DNA of 64,000 nucleotides, taken from Ignavibacteria bacterium GWF2_33_9 (GTDB taxonomy: Bacteria > Bacteroidota > Ignavibacteria > Kapaibacteriales > UBA2268). A program made the translations under genes and the position numbers. The stretch's first letter is position 1. Each line of letters begins with the position of its first letter. The DNA lies in the NCBI GenBank assembly GCA_001804565.1, contig MHAC01000008.1:3446-67445 (forward strand). The letters run 5' to 3'. The notes beneath the pieces were generated by a model. The model did not search any database. It was not told where the DNA came from and saw nothing but the letters and a program-made list of their open reading frames with translations. This document shows, piece by piece, positions 56,436 through 64,000 of the stretch.

Positions 56436-58262
56436 TTGAAAAAATCGTTAAAAATATTAATTTTTATACCTTTTATTCTCTTTGTTTCTGCGTGTCAGAC
56501 AATAACTACCAGATACGAAGAGCAATCATGTCCGGAGCCTCAAATAGTATGCAGTCCCAAGAAATACACCGGCATCGAAAGGGATACTTCCGAGATGGTC
56601 GCAAAAATTCAGGGGTGGCATTATCGAGTTGAGGAAGTTCAACAATTGAATACTTCAGGAAATGAATGGGCAATTTCATTCAATAAATCTACTCCTTATC
56701 TCACAATCAGTGATGGAGATAAAAATTCGGTTCTTGTCTGCAAAGCTTTAAACTTTAATAAAATACTTCCCCAGAAAACATTCCAAAATCCTGCATTCGG
56801 AAGCTATGGATTTCCGGTTTTCCGAAAGAATAAAGTTTATTACAGCTATGTAGAAGATAAATCCAAACGTACAATTAATGAATTTTTCGACTCTACCGGA
56901 AGAGTTCTTGTCCCGATAGAAGAACAGATTGGTCAGGCAGAACTTTATTCCTCAGATTTTAAGATAAATGAAATAAGCAATCCTGAAAGAATCGACATTT
57001 ACGATAGACAAGTAAGCGATTGGTATTCGCAACCTGCATTCACTTCCGACGGACATATTATGTTTTTCGCAAGTGACAGAAAAGGTTCGCTTGGCGGGGT
57101 GGATATTTGGATGGCTTATATCAATAATGGTAAAATGTCAAAACCGATTAATTGCGGGAATTTAGTCAACACTGAATGCGATGAAATCACACCTTTTGTA
57201 AGTGAAAATGACAAGAAACTCTATTTTGCAAGCTGTGGTGGAGAAACTTTGGGAGGTTTTGATATTTTCAGCGTTGAAATTTCAGATTTACTCAATGAAA
57301 GCAGATTAGCATCTACAGAGGAATTAGAAAAACTGAACTTCTTCACAAAAAGGGAAAATATACGTGGTCCGTTTAATACTAAGTATAATGAAATTTCTCC
57401 TTTCGCTGTTGGAGTAAATGATTCCTTATTTTACTATGCATCAAATCAAAATCAAGTTTCTACAAGTACAGATAAAGGTGGATTCGATATTTTCGTGAGA
57501 TATAAAGTTTATATTGATAATAAACAGGAAAAAGTGAATATTACACAAAATGAAATAAATATACAACCAAAAGAAGAGGTGAAAATCGAAACACCAAAAA
57601 CTGATTGGTTCTATAAATTGGAAGGTACTGTTTACGAGAAAAAAAATAATAATCCTATAGATAACGCAGAAATAATTGCTGAAGAAAAAATCGGCACAAA
57701 GAAAAATTCTGTAAAAACTGATAAGCAAGGAAATTACTCAATTCCTATGATTAGGAATGAAGAATATTTAGTAACGGCAACTGCGAGGGATTTATTCCCT
57801 CAAAATGTGAAGATATTTGTAGGGATGGATGATACGACCAAAATTGTTCATCAGAATTTTTATTTACCGGAAATATATACTTTGCGTGTGAATTTCCCGA
57901 CAGATGTTTATGACCAGCCATATCGCTATGTGCTTGACAGCACAGGTACTGAAAGCAATGTACTTTGGCAGGAAGATATATCTTCTCTTGCAGAAAATAT
58001 TATTCAAGGGAAGGACAATATTGTGAAAATTATCCTTGTAGGCCATACAGATGATGTTGCAAGTGATGAATATAACCAAAAGTTAGGCGAAAGAAGAGTT
58101 AATTTCGTCAAAAATGAACTAATAAAGCAAGGAGTGCCATCTGAGCTTTTAGAAGTACGCTCTGCAGGAGAAAGTGAATTGCTCCCACGATGGCCGAATG
58201 AATCAGTTGAAATGAATAGGAAGCGCTGCAGGAGAGTTGTTTTGGAAAAAGTATTGAAATAA
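56436..58262 (+). CDS. OmpA-family lipoprotein with PD40-like repeats and carboxypeptidase-regulatory-like domain (PorE paralog-like)
   Basis: TTG start. Lipobox FVSAC. PD40 repeats (FTSDGHIMFFASDRKGSLGGVDIWMAY; LYFASCGGETLGGFDIF). C-terminal OmpA_C: VGHTDDVASDEYNQKLGERRVNFVKNEL...RRVV. Confidence 0.55.
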   Translation: MKKSLKILIFIPFILFVSACQTITTRYEEQSCPEPQIVCSPKKYTGIERDTSEMVAKIQGWHYRVEEVQQLNTSGNEWAISFNKSTPYLTISDGDKNSVLVCKALNFNKILPQKTFQNPAFGSYGFPVFRKNKVYYSYVEDKSKRTINEFFDSTGRVLVPIEEQIGQAELYSSDFKINEISNPERIDIYDRQVSDWYSQPAFTSDGHIMFFASDRKGSLGGVDIWMAYINNGKMSKPINCGNLVNTECDEITPFVSENDKKLYFASCGGETLGGFDIFSVEISDLLNESRLASTEELEKLNFFTKRENIRGPFNTKYNEISPFAVGVNDSLFYYASNQNQVSTSTDKGGFDIFVRYKVYIDNKQEKVNITQNEINIQPKEEVKIETPKTDWFYKLEGTVYEKKNNNPIDNAEIIAEEKIGTKKNSVKTDKQGNYSIPMIRNEEYLVTATARDLFPQNVKIFVGMDDTTKIVHQNFYLPEIYTLRVNFPTDVYDQPYRYVLDSTGTESNVLWQEDISSLAENIIQGKDNIVKIILVGHTDDVASDEYNQKLGERRVNFVKNELIKQGVPSELLEVRSAGESELLPRWPNESVEMNRKRCRRVVLEKVLK

Positions 58263-58294
58263 GATTTATTAAAAATTATGGAAATCAGAAAAAT

Positions 58295-60421
58295 ATGACA
58301 CCCTTGAAATTTTTGTGGATACTTGTATCCGGTTTTATTTTAATTTGCTTAGTATTGTTTTTCTACATTCAAAATATCGTTAGTAACGGTATGCCTTCGA
58401 TTTATGAATTAGAAAATCCAAAATTGAATTATGCAACACAGATTTATTCCAGTGACGGACATCTTATTGATAATTTTTTTGTGGAAAGAAGGGTAGATTT
58501 GCAATATGAACAAATTCCCGAAAGCATGATAAAAGCGCTCATTGCAACCGAAGACAGAATTTTCTACAAACATTGGGGTGTGCACGTTACCAGGATATTC
58601 AAGGCAGCACTCAAAAACATTTTTTCAGGAGGCAGACCTGAAGGTGCTTCTACTATTACAATGCAGCTTGCACGAAATTTGTACCTGAATCAGGACGTAA
58701 AATTATCTCGTAAAATTCGTGAAGCATTCACTGCATTGCAAATTGAAAGAAATTATACTAAAGAACAGATTTTACAGCTTTACCTGAATTCTGTTTACTT
58801 CGGCAGGGGTGCTTACGGATTGAACATTGCTTCGAAAGTATTCTTCGATAAAACTCCGCAAACTCTCACTATCGGGGAATGTGCCACGCTTGTTGCAATA
58901 CTGAAAAATCCCCATGGATATGACCCATTCCTTTTCCCTGATAGAAGCTTGCAAAGAAGAAATTTAGTACTAACTTTAATGCTTAAACAGGATTATATAA
59001 CTCCAGAGCAATTTATAAAGTCAGCAGAAGAACCTTTACTTCCAACTTCCACAAGAGAAGCTAACAGTAAAGGAAGATTTGACAGACTACTTGCACCACA
59101 TTTTGTAGAAATGATACGCCAGGATTTACGTGAAGATAGCAGATTAATCAATCATGACCTTTATCGTGACGGATTAGTGATAAAAACTACATTGAATTAT
59201 CAAATTCAAAAATATGCTAACCAGGCTGTCGAAGAGCATATGAAGGAATTTCAGGCATATTTCGATTCAAAATGGAAATGGTCAAAAAATCAGGAATTAT
59301 TATCAAAATTGATTGAAAAAGCCATTCGTTCAAATTCACGTTATCTCGCAATTAAAGGAGCTGAAAGAGATAAATTAGCAAATACTTTAAGAAATAGTGA
59401 AAAATTCATTGATTCGGTGAAAAATGCAGCTACAACAATTCAAGTCGGACTTGTTGTACTTGATGTTAAAACAGGAGATATAGTTGCAATGGTTGGTGCT
59501 TCTCCGAAATTCATCAATCAAAATCCTGCAGCCAAATATTCATTGAATCACGTTACACAAATTAAACGTCAGCCGGGTTCTTGTTTTAAACCATTTATTT
59601 ATGCATCTGCTCTTCAGAAGGGATTGAATCCATTTTCAGAAATAGAATGCGGACCATTTTCAATAGAATTATCTACTGGTGAAATTTGGGCACCATCCGG
59701 TTCAGGTTCATGTGAACCCGGAGATACAAGGTCACTCGCATCTGCTTTGGCAGGTTCTATTAATTCAGTTGCAGCTAGATTAATAACACAAGTAACAAAT
59801 CCTGAAGATGTTGTGAATTTGGCAAAAAGAATGGGAATTACTTCGCCTCTTGGTGCATATCCGGCTTTGGCACTTGGTGCCGGCGGAGATGTTTCACCAT
59901 TGGAAATGGCACATGCATTCAGTACTTTTCCCGGATTTGGAACAGTTGCCAAAATTCGCTTCCTTCGTGAAGTTGATGACCATTACGGTAATATTTTAAT
60001 CAAACAGGAAAGAAGACCTGTTATCACCAGAGGAATAATTGCTGATTCCATTGCAAGCGATATGATTTATATGATGCGTGGAGTTATCAATTCCGGTACT
60101 GCAACAGTAATAAAACAATATCTGAGCAATGTGGAAGGAGCAGGCAAAACAGGCACAACCAATGACGCCGCAGATGCCTGGTTTACCGGATACACACCTG
60201 AATTGGTTTGTGCAGTATGGCTGGGATTTGATGACAAAAGAATTAACTTCGACTGCTTGGGTGGATATGGATACGGAGGTCGCACAGCTGCACCAATTTG
60301 GGGCAGATTAATGTCGAAAATTTACCGTGATCCAAATTTACCTTATAAATTGAGGACTTTCAGCTTACGACAAGCTAGATTTGGTATTGCTCCGCAAGGA
60401 CCAAATTTTCCCCAGGAATAA
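58295..60421 (+). CDS. class A penicillin-binding protein (PBP1A; transglycosylase/transpeptidase)
   Basis: GT51 motifs EDRIFYKHWGV and GASTITMQLARN. Transpeptidase motifs SCFKPF (SxxK), SIN, KTGTTND (KTG). N-terminal TM anchor. Confidence 0.85.
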   Translation: MTPLKFLWILVSGFILICLVLFFYIQNIVSNGMPSIYELENPKLNYATQIYSSDGHLIDNFFVERRVDLQYEQIPESMIKALIATEDRIFYKHWGVHVTRIFKAALKNIFSGGRPEGASTITMQLARNLYLNQDVKLSRKIREAFTALQIERNYTKEQILQLYLNSVYFGRGAYGLNIASKVFFDKTPQTLTIGECATLVAILKNPHGYDPFLFPDRSLQRRNLVLTLMLKQDYITPEQFIKSAEEPLLPTSTREANSKGRFDRLLAPHFVEMIRQDLREDSRLINHDLYRDGLVIKTTLNYQIQKYANQAVEEHMKEFQAYFDSKWKWSKNQELLSKLIEKAIRSNSRYLAIKGAERDKLANTLRNSEKFIDSVKNAATTIQVGLVVLDVKTGDIVAMVGASPKFINQNPAAKYSLNHVTQIKRQPGSCFKPFIYASALQKGLNPFSEIECGPFSIELSTGEIWAPSGSGSCEPGDTRSLASALAGSINSVAARLITQVTNPEDVVNLAKRMGITSPLGAYPALALGAGGDVSPLEMAHAFSTFPGFGTVAKIRFLREVDDHYGNILIKQERRPVITRGIIADSIASDMIYMMRGVINSGTATVIKQYLSNVEGAGKTGTTNDAADAWFTGYTPELVCAVWLGFDDKRINFDCLGGYGYGGRTAAPIWGRLMSKIYRDPNLPYKLRTFSLRQARFGIAPQGPNFPQE

Positions 60422-60536
60422 TAAATTAAATAGCATACTTTAAGTAATTTTCTTATATAATTATTATTGCTATATAATGTAAGTTTATTAATTTTGTAAT
60501 TCTATATTTTTTTAAATCAATTTTTTTAATAGGAAA

Positions 60537-62720
60537 ATGGGTACTTTAACTAACATAAGAAAAATGTCACCATATTTGCTTGCAATTTTTGCTATAGTCT
60601 TTATTGGCTTTATGGTATTAAGTGATGCAGATGTAACTAATTTAATAAAACAAGACCAAACATTGCAAAAAGCAGTAATAGGCGAAGTAAATGGCGAAAA
60701 AATTCTTTATAAAGATTATGAAGAAAAAGTTCGTACACAAATGGAACAGGAAAAGTCACAAATGCAGGATCCCAATGCAGAAGTTGATGAAACCCGCATT
60801 CGTCAGCAAGTTTGGAGCCAGATGGTAGATAATATCATTATCAATCAGGAAGCTGAAAAATTAGGCATAAAAATCACAGCAGAAGAAGTTCGTGACGAAA
60901 TGATTGACAATCCCCCTGATTACTTGAAACGTTCCTTTACTGATTCGTCTGGCAATTTTATGCGTGATGTTTATTTGGAACTCGTAACGAAACCGGAAAA
61001 TTATGTTAAGTATCTTGGTGACCCAAGCAAAATTTCCCAAGAAGAAAAAGATGCGGCAGTAAATCGCTTACGTTTGGATTTGAGACAAGTTGAAGAATAT
61101 GTTATCAAAAACAAATTATTTTCAAGATTACAAAAAACAATCAGTAATTCCAGTTCATTCATTTCTCCATCTTTTGCGGTAGAAAAATATCGTTTGGACA
61201 ATATGACTGCTGACCTTAAAGCAATCGTTTTCCGTGCAGGTACAGTGAAGCCTGCATCAATAAAAGTTTCTGATGCTGAAATTAAAAATTATTACGAATC
61301 ACATAAACAATACTACACTCAAGATGCTCAGGTTAAACTGAAATATCTTAATTTTAAAATTCAACCTTCAAAAGAAGATTCTGCACGTTCTGTGAGAAGT
61401 ATAAACGACATCTCTATGTCTTTAGCTTCTGCTCAGGATGAAATGTCAAAAGACAGTATCTTCGATCTTAAATTAAGTGAATATGGCGGAACAACATCTG
61501 AATTTACTCCTGTAAATCAGATTGACCAAAATGCTTTTGCATTTATTAAAGATTTCACAAATGGTCAGATTGCTGGACCTATCAACGCCCAGGAAGGTGT
61601 TTCCTTCTACAGACTTGATGAACGCCGTCAGAGTGAAACTCCAACAGTAAAAGCCAGCCACATTTTAATAAAATTCAATGATAATCAAGATAGTGCATTT
61701 GCAGTTGCTCAATCACTTTTGGCAAGAGCAAAAAGTGGTTCAGATTTCGCTGAATTGGCTCGTGAATATTCCGAAGATAAAGGTTCCGGAACTCAAGGCG
61801 GAGATGTAGGATATTTCGGGAAAGGACAAATGGTGCAGCCTTTCGAAGAAGCTTGCTTTGCTGCAAAAATTGGAGATATTGTCGGACCTGTTGAATCCCA
61901 ATTTGGTTACCACATAATTAAATTGACAGACAAAATTAATGATGAAATCAAATATAGCAGTATAGTAATTACTCCGAATATTTCTAACGTTACAAAAAAT
62001 ACACTGTACCGTGAAGCATATTCAATTCAAAAACAAGTTGAAGGTGGAGAATCTTTCGATAAAGTTGCTGAAAGATTAGGACAAAAAGTACTCGAATCAC
62101 CATTTTTCACTAATGAACGTCCTATTTTCAATTCTTGGTATTTGACTAATCAAGCTTTCGAAATGGAAATTGGAACTATGATTGAACCAATAGAAATCAA
62201 ATTCTATGGTGTGATGGTTGTTCAAATAGCAGATAAAAAATCTGCCGGAATTGCTTCTCTTGAAGATAAAAAAGAAGAAATCAAAGAAATTTTGTTGAAG
62301 AAAAAACAAATTGATTATCTCAAAAAACAAGCTCAAGAAATTTACAATAAAGTTAAAAATATCGGCGATTTAGAACAAGCAAAATCCCTACTTCCAAACC
62401 TTGAAATCATTTCTGTGCCTGACTTTAAAGGTAATGGAAGCTTGCCGGGTTACCCGAAAGATATCGTTCTGAATCAACAAATTCTCAGCAGCAAGGGTAA
62501 AGGCCTTCTTACTCCTATCCGAGGTGAACAAGGTTACTATATCATTCAATTGAATAACATTGTAGTGCCTCAATCAAAAGAAATTCAAGAAAAACTTTCA
62601 GAATTTGCAACAAATCTTTCAATGCAAACATCTCAAAATGCTTTTAATATTTGGTATACTAAAGTTAAAAAAGATGCAAAAATTGAAGATTTTCGAGCAA
62701 AATACTTCAAAGAGTTCTAA
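60537..62720 (+). CDS. periplasmic chaperone/peptidyl-prolyl isomerase PpiD-like (SurA_N plus parvulin domain)
   Basis: N-terminal TM helix. Parvulin domain KASHILIKF...GGDVGYFGKGQMVQPFEEACF...GYHIIKL. Confidence 0.75.
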   Translation: MGTLTNIRKMSPYLLAIFAIVFIGFMVLSDADVTNLIKQDQTLQKAVIGEVNGEKILYKDYEEKVRTQMEQEKSQMQDPNAEVDETRIRQQVWSQMVDNIIINQEAEKLGIKITAEEVRDEMIDNPPDYLKRSFTDSSGNFMRDVYLELVTKPENYVKYLGDPSKISQEEKDAAVNRLRLDLRQVEEYVIKNKLFSRLQKTISNSSSFISPSFAVEKYRLDNMTADLKAIVFRAGTVKPASIKVSDAEIKNYYESHKQYYTQDAQVKLKYLNFKIQPSKEDSARSVRSINDISMSLASAQDEMSKDSIFDLKLSEYGGTTSEFTPVNQIDQNAFAFIKDFTNGQIAGPINAQEGVSFYRLDERRQSETPTVKASHILIKFNDNQDSAFAVAQSLLARAKSGSDFAELAREYSEDKGSGTQGGDVGYFGKGQMVQPFEEACFAAKIGDIVGPVESQFGYHIIKLTDKINDEIKYSSIVITPNISNVTKNTLYREAYSIQKQVEGGESFDKVAERLGQKVLESPFFTNERPIFNSWYLTNQAFEMEIGTMIEPIEIKFYGVMVVQIADKKSAGIASLEDKKEEIKEILLKKKQIDYLKKQAQEIYNKVKNIGDLEQAKSLLPNLEIISVPDFKGNGSLPGYPKDIVLNQQILSSKGKGLLTPIRGEQGYYIIQLNNIVVPQSKEIQEKLSEFATNLSMQTSQNAFNIWYTKVKKDAKIEDFRAKYFKEF

Positions 62721-62744
62721 TCTCTTATAATTTATGCCAATTAG

Positions 62745-62785
62745 AATAACCGTCGTGATTTAGGTCAGACGGTTATTTTCTTTTA
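62745..62785 (+). terminator. rho-independent terminator
   Basis: AATAACCGTC-gtgatttaggtca-GACGGTTATTTTCTTTT. Confidence 0.7.
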
Positions 62786-63068
62786 TAATAACATTACCGC
62801 AAAATAATATGAATCGGATTCATTTTATTTTTTTGTGTTTTGTAACTTTTACTCATTTTTTGTGTTTTAATAGTTGTAGGTTAAATTACTTTTTCATACT
62901 TAGAAATAAATCTCTATAATTTGGTTATTTCGGTAGATATTTTCTAACAAGACTAACTCCCTATAGTTTTAAATACCGAGATAACCATTTTTGGAGATTT
63001 CTTTTTATATACCATTTATTTACTAACTTTTTATTATATTTGAATTTTGCAGCAGAGAGGAAATAAAA

Positions 63069-64000
63069 ATGTTAGATGAAAAGCCGCTTTCTCCAGATGA
63101 TAATCAGGAGGAAGATGCTCCAATTGTAAAGGATTTACGGAGTAAATTCAAATTCCAAATTAAAGCAATATCAGTGCTATTAATAATTACTCTATTCTTT
63201 CTGATATTAGCCGTTATCTCATATTCACGTTCAGATATAGAGGAAGCAAATATTGGTTTCTTTGATTTATTCGGTTTGATGAATGACAGACCCGATATAA
63301 TAGCCTTGCAAGCAACTTCTTACAATTGGCTAGGACTTATTGGTGCCTATCTGGCAAACAAATTAATAAATGGCACATTTGGTTATTCTGTTCTTCTATT
63401 GCTTTCTACCGGCATATTACTTTCCTCAAGTTTATTTAAAAATCTCAAATTTTCGGCAAATGCAATTCGCCATTCAAGTTTCATTCTTTTATTAATGCTG
63501 CTTATTTCCGGCTTCATTGGAAGTCTGCTCCATTTTTCTTGGTTAAACAATATTCCTTTTGAATGGACAGGCAGCGTAGGCTTTTTCATTTCAAGTATGC
63601 TCAATGGAATTTTTGGCAATGTAGGTGCATTCCTTATTCTAATGCTCTTAATTTTCTTCACAGTCTTTTATAAAATGAATTTTAAAATTTCTGAAATAAC
63701 TAAATATCTATTCAATAGAACTGTTGCAGAAATTAAATCCTCCCGAAATAAATCAGATATGCAAAAAGATGAAATTTTGCAGGATGAAGTCTCATCTGAT
63801 CCAGAGGGAGATCAATCTCAGACTATTTCTTTTGAAAATTCTGCAGAGGAAAGTCCAAGGACAGGAATACCTTATGAAGTAAAAACATCAAAATCCGATG
63901 TGAAATTAAATATTCGCATTAATGAATCGGCAAACATACCGGATCCAATAAATACTCATGTAAGTAATCCTGACGGAAATCCATTCGCAGATTCATTGCA
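63069..64000 (+). CDS. DNA translocase FtsK/SpoIIIE, N-terminal membrane domain (3' end outside window)
   Basis: Manual translation from the ATG at 63069 is open to the window end. It has about 4 TM helices (FtsK_4TM-like: ...SYSRSDIE..., ...GNVGAFLIL...) followed by a low-complexity linker. The ORF track omits it because there is no stop within the window. Confidence 0.5.
   Translation, partial: MLDEKPLSPDDNQEEDAPIVKDLRSKFKFQIKAISVLLIITLFFLILAVISYSRSDIEEANIGFFDLFGLMNDRPDIIALQATSYNWLGLIGAYLANKLINGTFGYSVLLLLSTGILLSSSLFKNLKFSANAIRHSSFILLLMLLISGFIGSLLHFSWLNNIPFEWTGSVGFFISSMLNGIFGNVGAFLILMLLIFFTVFYKMNFKISEITKYLFNRTVAEIKSSRNKSDMQKDEILQDEVSSDPEGDQSQTISFENSAEESPRTGIPYEVKTSKSDVKLNIRINESANIPDPINTHVSNPDGNPFADSL

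Noticed and set aside
63383-63661. 92-aa minus-strand ORF
   Set aside because: It is antisense to the continuous FtsK N-terminal reading frame that I translated manually, so it is spurious.

Overview
This is a low-GC (about 33-38%) chromosomal window, probably from a Bacteroidota/Ignavibacteriota-type (FCB group) organism. The evidence is many secreted proteins with type IX secretion (T9SS/Por) C-terminal sorting domains, a PorE-like OmpA/PD40/TPR protein, a TonB-dependent receptor, and TTG start codons with weak ribosome-binding sites.

Most of the window is housekeeping. Recognised genes are a 5'-truncated ABCG-type ABC transporter, aat, anmK, pepD, uvrA, rsmD, rsmH-mraZ, hrcA-coaD, a ferredoxin-NADP reductase, a crotonase (methylmalonyl-CoA decarboxylase-like), TrkH, a YihY-family protein, a class A penicillin-binding protein, PpiD, the FtsK N-terminus, and a tRNA-Thr(UGU).

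The standout locus is a 1541-aa Type IIG restriction-modification (RM) gene (22864-27489). Its N-terminus carries a PD-ExK nuclease motif, followed by a gamma-class N6-adenine methyltransferase. About 1.5 kb of foreign sequence is inserted in frame into the methyltransferase core, exactly between the conserved FNWQEEFPRVF segment and GGFDVIIGNPPY (motif IV). The insertion carries:
- a split IS200/IS605-like Y1 (HUH) transposase domain of the REP-associated (RAYT) type;
- an array with 168-bp periodicity where complete, built from three families of perfect 8-bp-stem DNA hairpins bounded by the GTAG/CTAC tetranucleotide that RAYTs recognise;
- one hairpin copy with a compensatory substitution that preserves the stem.

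Downstream of the RM gene lie a co-transcribed membrane-protein cassette and an orphan duplicate of the RM gene's 3' end.

Other notable signals:
- An intact tRNA-Thr, plus a degenerate direct repeat of its 3' half 7.4 kb away, bracket a block rich in T9SS cargo genes.
- Two paralogous modules, each a Cys-rich secreted protein followed by a BNR-repeat T9SS protein, both preceded by a conserved structured ~150-nt leader with covarying hairpin loops.
- A homopolymeric G9 tract sits at the start of a T9SS cargo gene.
- Orphan PqqD-like, UmuD-like and NuoE-like genes.
- A candidate MraZ operator.
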